The notes beneath the pieces are model-generated. The model was not told the origin of the DNA and did no database searches. It saw only the letters and a program-made list of their open reading frames with translations. A program made the position numbers and the translations under genes. Shown piece by piece: positions 1-9,050 of a DNA stretch of 64,000 bases. This stretch comes from Acidobacteriaceae bacterium (GTDB lineage: Bacteria; Acidobacteriota; Terriglobia; Bryobacterales; Bryobacteraceae), in NCBI GenBank assembly GCA_043788745.1, contig JAYVTO010000310.1, positions 1,168-65,167 of the forward strand, read 5' to 3'. The first letter of the stretch is position 1. Each line of letters starts with the position of its first letter.

Positions 1-23
1 GTCCCGTCTGTAAAGAAGCGTAA

Positions 24-791
24 TCACTTCCGCGTGAACACTCCAACGCGGCGGTCTGTCACGGCACGAATGCCTTCGGCGTGATCGTCCATGCGCGCGA
101 GGCGGCTTTGCTCGACGAATTCGTGATCGGTTTGCACCTTCACCGCGTCGGCGAGGCCGCGCCGCAGGGTCGCTCGCGTCGATTCCACCGCTGCCGGAGC
201 GCATTCGGCGATCTCCATCGCCAGTTTCATCGCCTCGTCGCGCAATGTGCCGGCTGGCACGAGCGCATCCGCCAACCCCCACGCGACGGCTTCTTCGCCG
301 CCGATGCGGCGTCCAGTGAGAAACATGAGGCTCGCCTTCTGTACGCCGATTAGCCGGGGCAGCGTGTGCGTCAAACCGAATCCAGGATGGATGTTCAGCT
401 TCACGAAGTTCGCCGCGAAGCGCGCTTCCTGCGACACGAGACGAAAATCGGCGACGAGGGCGACGCCTAAGCCGCCGCCGATGGCCGCGCCCTGGATCGC
501 CGCAACAATCGGCTTCCGGCATGCGAACAAGCGGACCGCGTGATCGTACAAGCTGCCAACGGCGCCTGATACAATCTCGTTCTCGTCCTTCTGGAAGTTC
601 GCTCCGGCGCAAAACGACTTGCCATGCGCCGCCAGCACCGACGCGCGGCAATCATCCGAAGCATCGAGCATCTCGAAGGCGTCCGCTAAGCTTGCAATCA
701 ACGCCAGATCAAAGAAATTGTGCGGCGGCCGCTGAATCTCGACCACCGCAATGTGCCCTTCGGTCAAGACTTCGACATCTCCAAATCGCAT
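24..791 (-). CDS. Enoyl-CoA hydratase/isomerase (crotonase family)
   Basis: ORF 24..1190 trimmed to the internal ATG at 789-791 (MRFGDVEVLTEGHIAVV...). Crotonase motifs SFCAGANF and AAIQGAAIGGGLGVAL. The start overlaps the stop of the upstream acyl-CoA dehydrogenase by 1 nt (TAATG), so the N-terminal 133 aa of the ORF are read-through of that gene in another frame. Confidence 0.85.
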   Translation of the reverse strand: MRFGDVEVLTEGHIAVVEIQRPPHNFFDLALIASLADAFEMLDASDDCRASVLAAHGKSFCAGANFQKDENEIVSGAVGSLYDHAVRLFACRKPIVAAIQGAAIGGGLGVALVADFRLVSQEARFAANFVKLNIHPGFGLTHTLPRLIGVQKASLMFLTGRRIGGEEAVAWGLADALVPAGTLRDEAMKLAMEIAECAPAAVESTRATLRRGLADAVKVQTDHEFVEQSRLARMDDHAEGIRAVTDRRVGVFTRK

Positions 792-1954
792 TACTTCAAC
801 CTCAATAGTTTCCGCGCGATCACCCAACGATGGACTTCGGATGGCCCTTCGTAGACGCGCATGTTTCGCACCGTGCTCGCCATCAATTGCAGTGGCATCT
901 CTTTCGTCATTCCCATGGCACCGAAGGTCTGCATCGCGTGGTCGACAATCTCCCATGCCATCTCCGTTGCGTAGACCTTGATCATCGAAAGCTCTGTACG
1001 GATGTCGCGGCCCTGGTCGGCTTTCCACGCCGCGTCGTACGTCATCATGCGGCAGGCGTGGATCTTCGTCGCGGCGTCGGCGACCCACCATTGGATCGTC
1101 TGGCGATCTGCGAGTTTGACGCCGAACGTCGAACGTTGCCGTGCGTAGTCGATCATCATGTCGAGCGCCCGCTGCGCGATGCCTGTGCACGTCGACGCCA
1201 TTTCAAGACGCCGCGTGGAGAGCCGCATCTGCATCGGTCCGAAGCCTTGCCCCTCTTCGCCGAGCAACTTCGAAGCCGGCAAGCGACAATCGTCGAGTGC
1301 GACCTCGTACGTGAAGTGCCCCCCGATCATCGCGATCTTGCGGATGACATGAAAGCCCGGCGTGCCTTTGTCGAGCAAGAAGGCGGAGAACCCGCCGTGC
1401 TGGCCTTTCGTACGATCGGTGACGGCCATGAGAATCGTGAAGTCGGCCTCCGCCGCCTTGCTGATCCAGATCTTTCGTCCGTTGATGATCCATTCGTCGC
1501 CGCGCTTCTCCGCGTGCGTCGCCATCGACGCCGGATCGCCGCCCGCACCCGGCTCCGAGATGCCGATCGCTGAAATCGTCTCGCCTCGTACGTAGGGCGC
1601 GAGATACTTCTCGCGCTGCTCGGCGTTCGCGATCTGCGCGAGCATCCGCAGGTTCGGCGAATCCGGCGGGAATACGTACGGCGTCACGGTCTTGCCCAAC
1701 TCCTCCGCCACGCCGACCATCGCGATGTGCGGCAGGTTCGAGCCGCCGACGTCTTCGGGGGCATTCAAGCCCCAGAGCCCGAGTTCGCGCGACTTCGCGT
1801 CGATCGGCTTGCGTTCTTCGTCGGTGAGGATGGTGCCTTCGCCATGCTCTTCTCGTTCGAGCACGACGCGTTCGAGAGGAGTCAGCTCTTCGCGCACGAA
1901 TCGCGCGACGAGGTCCTTGAGCATTCGATGTTCGTCAGAGAGAGCGAAGTCCAC
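791..1954 (-). CDS. Acyl-CoA dehydrogenase
   Basis: 387 aa with ACAD-like layout (ISAIGISEPGAGGDPASM, C-terminal YEGPSEVHRWVIARKLL). Translationally coupled to the downstream crotonase gene. Confidence 0.9.
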   Translation of the reverse strand: MDFALSDEHRMLKDLVARFVREELTPLERVVLEREEHGEGTILTDEERKPIDAKSRELGLWGLNAPEDVGGSNLPHIAMVGVAEELGKTVTPYVFPPDSPNLRMLAQIANAEQREKYLAPYVRGETISAIGISEPGAGGDPASMATHAEKRGDEWIINGRKIWISKAAEADFTILMAVTDRTKGQHGGFSAFLLDKGTPGFHVIRKIAMIGGHFTYEVALDDCRLPASKLLGEEGQGFGPMQMRLSTRRLEMASTCTGIAQRALDMMIDYARQRSTFGVKLADRQTIQWWVADAATKIHACRMMTYDAAWKADQGRDIRTELSMIKVYATEMAWEIVDHAMQTFGAMGMTKEMPLQLMASTVRNMRVYEGPSEVHRWVIARKLLRLK

Positions 1955-2068
1955 GAGCGCATCCGCCTTTCCCCACGCTCGCGATTCAGTGAGTCATGGG
2001 CTAAATGAATACCCTACCGCATCGACGCCGGTGTACGCGCCCCGCGCAAAGCTCGTTGCGTCGCTAGA

Positions 2069-2218
2069 ATGAAAGCCATGAAGCACCTCACGGTGGAACT
2101 GATCCTGGACCCTGAAATCAGCGGGTTCACAGTCCGCGTGCCCGATATTCCGGCGTACGGCGAGGGCGAGACCGAAGAGGAAGCGATCGCGGATCTCAAG
2201 GAAGCGTTAGCTGCCTAA
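2069..2218 (+). CDS. HicB-like / UPF0150-type small antitoxin-like protein (49 aa, below the ORF-track cutoff)
   Basis: Hand translation: MKAMKHLTVELILDPEISGFTVRVPDIPAYGEGETEEEAIADLKEALAA*. The pattern GF-V-VPD-P----GET-EEA---L-EA is typical of the HicB N-terminal fold. No hicA partner is visible. The frame stays open after the TAA into ORF 2255..3292. Confidence 0.45.
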   Translation: MKAMKHLTVELILDPEISGFTVRVPDIPAYGEGETEEEAIADLKEALAA

Positions 2219-2383
2219 ATCGATCCGTTCGGTCTCGACGACGCGGCCTCTCGGTTGAATCCTCCGAGTTCGCTCCGGCAACTGGACCTGGAACTGGAAG
2301 ATCTGGATCGTGCCGAGGCTTCCGCGGGCCACGGGAGCAGCAGCGATGGTTGGACGCCGCCTGAATGCTATCCTGTTCGTTCC

Positions 2384-3292
2384 ATGTCAGACCTTGCCTT
2401 GCCGCTCTGCGCCGAGCGCGTCCACTTTGAAGATTGGGAAAACTGTTGGCGGCTCACGAACGGGATTGTCGATCTCGTCGTCCCTATGGACTTCGGGCCG
2501 CGCATCATGCGCTTCGGCTTCACTCGAAAGCAGAACCTCCTGAAGACCTTCGGCCTTCCGCAGCCTGGCCAACGCATCCGTGGCGGACATCGCCTGTGGG
2601 CAGCGCCCGAAGTGCCGGCGTTCACGTGGGTCGTCGATACGGTTCCCGTCGACATCGAGTTCCGCAGCGACGGCATGCGTGTTCTCGGCGCGGTGGAGGC
2701 GCAGAGCAAGCTCCAAAAAGAAATGACGATTACGCTTGCGCCGGATGCCGCCGATGTTTCGATCACACATCGCATCATCAATCGCGGCGACACGCCCGTG
2801 CGGCTGGCACCGTGGTCGTTGACGCAGATGGCCTATGGCGGTTGCGGTGTCTCCGGCTTTCCGCCGCGGGGCGAGCATCCTCGAGATTTGCTGCCTACGG
2901 GCTCGCTGGTGATGTGGTCGTATACGAATTTCTCAGATCCGAAGTGGAAGCTGCTGCGGAAGTATTGGGTCGTGCGTCCGGATGCGGATCATCCCGCCGC
3001 GCAGAAAGCCGGTATCTTTCTCGACCCGCCGTGGTGCGCCTATTTGCTGCACGGCGATCTCTACATTAAGCGCTCCGCCGCCGTCGCCGGACCTGAGTAT
3101 CCCGACATGGGCTGCTCCGTCGAAATCTTTGTGAATGGCGTGATGATTGAATTGGAGACGATGGCGGCGCTGCACATGTTGCGTCCCGGCGAATCCATCG
3201 AGCACGAAGAGCGCTGGACGTTGCACTCCGGCATTACGATGAATCACTGGACGGATGACGAGATCGACGCGACGATCGCTCCGCTGTTGTGA
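2384..3292 (+). CDS. Hypothetical protein, possibly DUF4380 / galactose-mutarotase-like fold
   Basis: ORF 2255..3292 (TTG) trimmed to the first ATG (MSDLALPLCAERVHFEDWEN...). GGHRLWAAPE and an all-beta-looking sequence recall DUF4380. The family call is from memory only. Confidence 0.55.
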   Translation: MSDLALPLCAERVHFEDWENCWRLTNGIVDLVVPMDFGPRIMRFGFTRKQNLLKTFGLPQPGQRIRGGHRLWAAPEVPAFTWVVDTVPVDIEFRSDGMRVLGAVEAQSKLQKEMTITLAPDAADVSITHRIINRGDTPVRLAPWSLTQMAYGGCGVSGFPPRGEHPRDLLPTGSLVMWSYTNFSDPKWKLLRKYWVVRPDADHPAAQKAGIFLDPPWCAYLLHGDLYIKRSAAVAGPEYPDMGCSVEIFVNGVMIELETMAALHMLRPGESIEHEERWTLHSGITMNHWTDDEIDATIAPLL

Positions 3293-3489
3293 GCAGCGTT
3301 CCGCTTCTCTGACGATCGAGTGGCGCCAAGCCCAGGCCGAAGGCTTGTGCGATCTGTGGGACTCCCTGCCCACGCTTTTGGCGATTGACGCATCGTTTCC
3401 GAGGTGAGAGCTTCCAAACGGGAAGCATGGCCGCGCTCCGCTCCATCGGCTGCGGATTTACTTCTCGCCTCGATTACAATGGTCCTGTC

Positions 3490-3855
3490 ATGCTGAACCC
3501 GGGTTATAAGGCGGCCGTAAACGACGCGAAAGCGCGCGTGCGTGAGATCACCGTGGCGGAGTACAAGGCGCTGGCTGAGTCGGGCACGGCGCACGTGCTG
3601 GTAGACGTGCGCGAGGACAATGAGTTCGCGGCCGGGCACGCCATCGGCTCGACGCACTTGGGGAAGGGAATCATCGAGCGCGACATCGAGACGCTGCTTC
3701 CGGACAAGGCTGCGAAGCTCGTCCTCTATTGCGGAGGCGGGTACCGTTCGGCGTTGGCTGGCGATTCGATTCAGAAGATGGGTTACGGCGACGTCTGGTC
3801 GCTCGCCGGAGGCTGGAAGGATTGGCTTGCGGCCGGGTTGCCAGTGGAGAAGTAA
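3490..3855 (+). CDS. Rhodanese-domain sulfurtransferase
   Basis: Single rhodanese domain with active-site loop YCGGGYRS and LVDVREDNEFAAGHAIGSTH. The start is uncertain (ATG 3490 or 3427, TTG 3385). Confidence 0.8.
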   Translation: MLNPGYKAAVNDAKARVREITVAEYKALAESGTAHVLVDVREDNEFAAGHAIGSTHLGKGIIERDIETLLPDKAAKLVLYCGGGYRSALAGDSIQKMGYGDVWSLAGGWKDWLAAGLPVEK

Positions 3856-4013
3856 CTGCGTCTCGTGCCAGCAGGCGGGATCGCCGTGGTCCGACATCCG
3901 CGAGCGACGGGGTGCCAAGCCCGGCGAAGTAATCGGGCTTGCCGACGCCTTACTCCGGTGGCCCGCCCCGCAGACCTGGACTCAGCTACAATCGCGTAAT
4001 CAAAGGAAGTGTC

Positions 4014-6020
4014 ATGACACGACTCACCCTCGCGCTGGTCTGCGCTCTTTCGCTCCTCTCCGCAGGCACTAAGAAGTTCACTGTCGAAGACTCGCTCGCG
4101 ATCAACCGCGTCGCCGGGCCCAAGTTTTCGCCAGACGGCAATTGGGTCGTCTACACACAAACCGAATGGGACCAGAAAGGCGACCGCATGGTCTCGCACG
4201 TCTGGCTCACCGGTGCCAAAGGCAGCGCGACTCCCGTCAAACTCACCAACGGTGAGAAGGGCGAATCCGCGCCCGCATGGTCACCCGACGGTAAGCACAT
4301 CGCCTTCCTCGCCGACCGCACTGCCACGGCAGCCGGAGCCGCCCCAACCGAAGGCGCACGCGCCGCCACGCAAATCTGGCTTATCCGTCCCGCCGGCGGC
4401 GAAGCCGAAAAGCTGACCTCCGAAGAGAACTCCGTCACCGCTTTCAAGTGGTCGCCCAATGGAAAGCACGTCGCCTTCCTGACCCGCGACACGCCCAAGG
4501 ACAAAGCCGATCGCGAGAAGCGCAAGAAAGACAAGTTCGACGCCATCCTCGTCGACTCCGGTTTCACATACGCACACATCTGGACGATTGACCTTGTGTC
4601 CAAGAAGAAAGACCGCATCACGGAAGGCGCCTACTCCGCCGCGAGCCCTGCCTGGTCGCCCGACTCCAAATCCATCGCCTTCGTGCGCACCACCAACGGA
4701 GCGCAAGACAGCGGCTACTTCGTCCTCGACCCCGACAAGAACTCGGATATATACGTCGTCAACGCGGCTCCCAGCGCGACGCCGCGTAAGCTCACCACGA
4801 ACCTCGGCCCCGACACCAACCCCGTCTGGTCTCCCGACGGAACCCATATCGCCTACGTCGCGCAAAGCGACCCGAAAGCCTGGGCCGGCAAGAACGAAAT
4901 CATGATCGTGCCCGCTGCCGGAGGCACTCCGCGTAACGTCACGCCTGATTTTCCGGATGGCGCCGGAGCCAACCTGAAATGGTCGCCGGACGGCAAGAGC
5001 ATCTATTGGGATTCCGCCGAAGGCCTCCGCCATCACCTCTTCCGCGTGCCCGCAAGCGGCGGCCGCTTCGTCCACGTCACGGAAGGCGAACGCCTCCATT
5101 CGGACTTTGACCTCTCCGCAGACGGTACCCGCGCCGTCTCCGTTATTGACGACGGCAAAGCCCCGCCGGACATCTGGTCGCTCGATCTCAACGGCAGCGG
5201 CCGCGGCAAACTTACCAACGCCAATCCGCAAGTCGCCGACTTCGACATCGCCAACGCCGAAGCCGTCCGCTGGAAGGGTCCGGACAACTTCGACGTCGAA
5301 GGCCTACTCACCTATCCGCTCGGCTACACGCCCGGCAAGAAGATTCCGCTGGTCGTTTCCATTCACGGCGGACCCTACGGGGCTCACAGTGCCCGCTTCG
5401 ACGCCCGCTCGCAAATCTTCGCCGCCCACGGCTACGCGGTGTTAGCGCCGAATCCTCGCGGGTCAACAGGCTACGGAATGAAGTTCGAAACTGCGAACAT
5501 TAGCGACTGGGGAGGAAAAGATTTCGGCGACATCATGGCCGGCGTCGACGCGCTAGTCGCGAAGGGCATCGCGGATCCCGACAAGATGGTCGTCATGGGA
5601 GGCAGCTACGGCGGCTTCATGACCTTCTGGACCATCACCCAAACCAACCGCTTCAAAGCCGCCATCGGCCACGCCGGAATCAGCGACTGGTACAGCTTCC
5701 ACGGCCAGAGCGACATCCCCGGCCTGATGGAATATGGCTTCGGAGGCCAGCCCTGGGTGTCGACAGAAACGTACCGCAAATTCTCGCCGATGACGTTCGT
5801 GGGCCGTGTGAAGACACCGATCATGATCACCCACGGAGAACAGGATCGCCGAGTCGCCATCGCCCAAGCCGAAGAATATTACCGAGCCTTAAAGGGAGTC
5901 GGAGTAGAAACCATCTTCGTGCGCTACCCAAGAGAAGGCCACGGAATCGCCGAGCCGAATCACCAGGTCGACTTGGTAGGTCGGCAGTTGGAGTGGTTTA
6001 AGCGCCACCTGGGGAATTGA
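4014..6020 (+). CDS. S9 family serine peptidase (prolyl oligopeptidase / acylaminoacyl-peptidase-like), secreted
   Basis: Signal peptide MTRLTLALVCALSLLSAG preceded by AAAGGAAG. WSPDG beta-propeller repeats. Catalytic GGSYGG, HGEQDRRV and EGHG near the C-terminus. Confidence 0.9.
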   Translation: MTRLTLALVCALSLLSAGTKKFTVEDSLAINRVAGPKFSPDGNWVVYTQTEWDQKGDRMVSHVWLTGAKGSATPVKLTNGEKGESAPAWSPDGKHIAFLADRTATAAGAAPTEGARAATQIWLIRPAGGEAEKLTSEENSVTAFKWSPNGKHVAFLTRDTPKDKADREKRKKDKFDAILVDSGFTYAHIWTIDLVSKKKDRITEGAYSAASPAWSPDSKSIAFVRTTNGAQDSGYFVLDPDKNSDIYVVNAAPSATPRKLTTNLGPDTNPVWSPDGTHIAYVAQSDPKAWAGKNEIMIVPAAGGTPRNVTPDFPDGAGANLKWSPDGKSIYWDSAEGLRHHLFRVPASGGRFVHVTEGERLHSDFDLSADGTRAVSVIDDGKAPPDIWSLDLNGSGRGKLTNANPQVADFDIANAEAVRWKGPDNFDVEGLLTYPLGYTPGKKIPLVVSIHGGPYGAHSARFDARSQIFAAHGYAVLAPNPRGSTGYGMKFETANISDWGGKDFGDIMAGVDALVAKGIADPDKMVVMGGSYGGFMTFWTITQTNRFKAAIGHAGISDWYSFHGQSDIPGLMEYGFGGQPWVSTETYRKFSPMTFVGRVKTPIMITHGEQDRRVAIAQAEEYYRALKGVGVETIFVRYPREGHGIAEPNHQVDLVGRQLEWFKRHLGN

Positions 6021-6079
6021 GGCTTTGCGCGCGATCTAACGAACCCAGCCCGTAAAGGGCGAGTATGCCCAGCGGATTG

Positions 6080-6109
6080 CCCCGAGGCGCGACCGTAAGG
6101 TCGCGCGTA
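6080..6109 (+). repeat. REP-like palindromic element, family 1 (CCCGAGGCGCGACCGTAAGGTCGCGCGTA)
   Basis: The stem GCGCGACC / GGTCGCGC around GTAA recurs at 34404-34433, 34452-34480 and 39362-39393, and inverted at 44879-44905. All copies are intergenic. Confidence 0.85.
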
Positions 6110-6143
6110 AACGGTGCGCCCCAATCGCAGGCGGGGAGAGAGC

Positions 6144-6719
6144 CTACATCCGCGCAAACAACTCGGCGAGCGCGATTTCCCAACCGCCGAACATCGCTGA
6201 CCGCAAAACATCCCCGACCCCAAACACCGCGACACTCGCGTACGCCGGACCCTGCAGGCGCAACACCTCAACCGTCAACGCTTCCGGGTCCACGATCCAA
6301 TACTCCGTGATTCCTGCCTGCGCGTACTCAGACCGTTTCACCACCCGATCCTTGTGCTCCGTGCCCTCAGAGAGAATCTCAACCGCCAAATCCGGGACAC
6401 CCCAATACGTGCCAATCCGGTCCGCATGCGCTGCCGACATGAACATCAAGTCCGGTTCGCGAACCTTGCCCGGCCATAACCGCGCCGGCAGCGGAGCAAA
6501 ACAAATCATCCCCAATTTGTGCGCCATCGCAAAAGCGTGCAGCGAAAACGAAAGCCGCAAGAGAACACTCTGATGAAACCACGTAGGCAGAGGCAAAACC
6601 TCCAATTCGCCGTCAGAGAGTTCGACGAGACGCCCCCGATCGGCGAGCGGAAAGTACTCCGCCTCGGTCCAATCGCCGGGCGAAGGCAGTAGCGCGAGAA
6701 TCGATTCTTGAGACGCCAT
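6144..6719 (-). CDS. Uma2 family (DUF820) putative endonuclease
   Basis: EYFPLADRGRLVELSDGELEVLPLP ... REPDLMF ... VPDLAVEILSEGTEHKDRVVKRSEYAQAGITEYWIVDP matches the PD-(D/E)xK-like Uma2 pattern. Start taken at MASQESIL (ATG 6719). The longer ORF runs to 6785. Confidence 0.8.
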   Translation of the reverse strand: MASQESILALLPSPGDWTEAEYFPLADRGRLVELSDGELEVLPLPTWFHQSVLLRLSFSLHAFAMAHKLGMICFAPLPARLWPGKVREPDLMFMSAAHADRIGTYWGVPDLAVEILSEGTEHKDRVVKRSEYAQAGITEYWIVDPEALTVEVLRLQGPAYASVAVFGVGDVLRSAMFGGWEIALAELFARM

Positions 6720-6891
6720 ATTCGCTCGAACAACAGTATAACTCCGCCTGGCTGATTCTCCCGCGAGCGCTACAATCCAATCCATGGAACTACCTCCATG
6801 AACGTGGTCATGCGATAAACCACACTCGCATCATCTTCTCGATCAACTCGAACCGGCGCAGTTTGAAGCGGTTCTCCAGTTGCTCCTCGTC

Positions 6892-7292
6892 ATGGCGGAC
6901 CCCGTCGCCGCGTCGCTCCGCAATGCCCCCTTTGACGACGAACCGGAAACGCTAGAAGAGCGCATCGCTGTTGAGCGTGCTCGCGCCGAGACCGGGCCCG
7001 GAACGTTAAACGATGACCTTGTTCGTGAATACCGCCTTCGCTCAACGGCATTTATCTGGACGGACAAAGCGAAGGGTGAGCTGCGCAGGATTGATCGGGA
7101 AGGTGCACTCATTCTCGAGACCCTCGCTAAGTACGAGAAGACTGCCCAGGACAACGGAAGGGTTCTACCGATTGGCGACGTCGCGTGGGCGACTATCGCG
7201 TGCGGTTTCAGGTCCTACCAGATCGGACGCTTCGCATCCCGAGCGTGAACCACCGCCGCGAAGCGTACCGCGAACCGATCGATTACCCTTAG
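6892..7292 (+). pseudogene. Fused and frameshifted type II TA module (antitoxin-like N-part plus RelE/ParE-family toxin)
   Basis: Frame 1 reads MADPVAASLRNAPFDDEPETLEERIAVERARAE...LVREYRL and runs without a stop into FIWTDKAKGELRRIDREGALILETLAKYEK (toxin N-terminus). The toxin C-terminus PGQRKGSTDWRRRVGDYRVRFQVLPDRTLRIPSVNHRREAY is in the -1 frame (open 7131..7292, TAG 7290-7292). The frame change lies between 7131 and about 7175. Confidence 0.6.
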
Positions 7293-7295
7293 GAG

Positions 7296-9011
7296 ATGGG
7301 CCACGCGCGGCAGACTGCCGTCACTCTGATCAGCCTCACCGATGACATCTACTGCATCGGACCGCGCCGCCTTGCCGGACAACTGAAACGCCACGGCTTT
7401 GAAACCAACCTTGTTTTCCTGCAAACCACCGACTTCTGGGGCCAGATCAAACATCGCTTCTCGAAGCACTACGAGAGCGACGACCTGCCCGACGACCTCT
7501 ACCAGCAACTGCTAGCCATCTGCCGGACCACCAAAGTTATCGGACTCTCCGTCTGGACCCACCAGGCCGAACGCGTCACTCTGCTCACGCGCCGCCTGCA
7601 GAAAGACCTGCCGGACGCGCTGATTCTCTGGGGCGGCATCCACCCGACGAGCTATCCCGAGGAAACCATTCAGGTCGTCGACGCCATCTGCATGGGCGAA
7701 GGCGACATCAGCTTTCTGCGCCTGGTCGAGGCCGTCGAAGACGGCCGCGGCTACCGCGACACCAAGGGCTTCTGGTTCCGCGACGGCTCTGAGATCCGAC
7801 GCAACCCCGCCGAGCCTCTTGTCGAAAACCTCGACGAATTTCCGTTCCTCGATTTCGAATTTGAGCAGCATTACGTCAACGAAGGCGGCTCGCTCAAGCG
7901 CATGGATATGCGCCTGATGAAGAAATACTACGGCGCCAAGCTCTGGATGATGTTCAGCCAGGGCTGCCCGTACAAGTGCACCTTCTGCTCGAACGACGTC
8001 CTGATCGATCTCGATAAAGGCTACCGCCGCTTCCGTCGGCACTCGGCGGAGTTCTTCATGGCGCAGTTGAATTACATCCTGTCGAAGTATCCGCACATCT
8101 ACAACATCGTCATCGACGACGACGCGTACATGTTCCTGCCCGTGCACGTGATTCTGGAATTCGCGCGCCTCTATAAAGAACAGTTCGACATCCCCTTCTT
8201 CGTCTCCGGAGTGATCCCCGCTTCGGTCGACGAACGCAAATTCCAGGCGCTCATCGACGCCGGACTCATCAAAACCCGGATGGGTGTACAATCCGGCAAC
8301 AAACGCGTGATGAAAGAAGTTTTCGTCCGCCCGCAGCACGATCACAAATTGCTGCTCGGTTCGGAAATTGCCTACAAGAATCGCCACACAATGGCGCCGG
8401 TGCAGTACGACCTGATTGTCGACAATCCGTGGGAGCATCCGGACGAGTTGAAGGACACGCTGCGCCTGGTCGCCTCGCTGAAGCCACCGTACACCTTCGC
8501 GATTAACTCGCTGACGCTGCTGCCGGGCACCACGATCTATCGAATGGGCGAGGAATCCGGCTACACGACGAAGGACGAGAAGATCACTCTCGCCTCCTAC
8601 GTCACCTACATGCCGACCGCGCTCAACCTGACGCTCGCGCTCTATAACATCGGGAAAGTGCCGAAATTCTGGGTCGACCGCGTACTCGCCAAAGACTACG
8701 GCGACCGCACTGTCACGATGAAGACCTACCCGAAACTGGGAGCGCTTATCGCCATCGCCGGCATGGTGAAGAAGATCCTCCACGGAGTTCTCCGCAAAGA
8801 TATCTCCGCTATCCCGCGCCCGCTTGACCTCCAAGCCGGCCGCATCTTCGCCCGCCGCAAAGGTCAACTCAAGAACGACACCAGAGTCCCACGCGAATAC
8901 GAGCTCTCAATCCCACAACCCAACCTGCGGCTTACCCGGCCCAAGCCTGCCGCACTCGCGGTGGCAGATGCAAACAAACCAATCCAAATCACTCCACTCC
9001 AACCCCGCTAG
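7296..9011 (+). CDS. B12-binding-domain radical SAM protein
   Basis: N-terminal Rossmann-like B12-binding region (VIGLSVWTHQ..., ILWGGIHPTSYPEE) followed by the radical SAM cluster motif GCPYKCTFCS (CxxxCxxC). 571 aa. Confidence 0.85.
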   Translation: MGHARQTAVTLISLTDDIYCIGPRRLAGQLKRHGFETNLVFLQTTDFWGQIKHRFSKHYESDDLPDDLYQQLLAICRTTKVIGLSVWTHQAERVTLLTRRLQKDLPDALILWGGIHPTSYPEETIQVVDAICMGEGDISFLRLVEAVEDGRGYRDTKGFWFRDGSEIRRNPAEPLVENLDEFPFLDFEFEQHYVNEGGSLKRMDMRLMKKYYGAKLWMMFSQGCPYKCTFCSNDVLIDLDKGYRRFRRHSAEFFMAQLNYILSKYPHIYNIVIDDDAYMFLPVHVILEFARLYKEQFDIPFFVSGVIPASVDERKFQALIDAGLIKTRMGVQSGNKRVMKEVFVRPQHDHKLLLGSEIAYKNRHTMAPVQYDLIVDNPWEHPDELKDTLRLVASLKPPYTFAINSLTLLPGTTIYRMGEESGYTTKDEKITLASYVTYMPTALNLTLALYNIGKVPKFWVDRVLAKDYGDRTVTMKTYPKLGALIAIAGMVKKILHGVLRKDISAIPRPLDLQAGRIFARRKGQLKNDTRVPREYELSIPQPNLRLTRPKPAALAVADANKPIQITPLQPR

Positions 9012-9050
9012 CGGACGCGAAGACCATCAGCGAGCGCGAGGCTCTTTTAA

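Noticed and set aside
3244-3918. 224-aa minus-strand ORF overlapping the rhodanese gene
   Set aside because: Shadow ORF. The plus strand encodes a clean rhodanese domain with the CGGGYRS active-site loop.
7131-7175. Programmed -1 ribosomal frameshift in the RelE/ParE gene
   Set aside because: There is no slippery X-XXY-YYZ heptamer or downstream pseudoknot-like structure in the interval where the frames must switch. An indel is the simpler explanation.
7512-8867. 451-aa ORF antisense to the radical SAM gene
   Set aside because: It has no recognisable motifs and an Arg/Ala/Val/Asp-rich composition typical of shadow ORFs in high-GC DNA. The plus strand carries a coherent B12-rSAM protein with CxxxCxxC.
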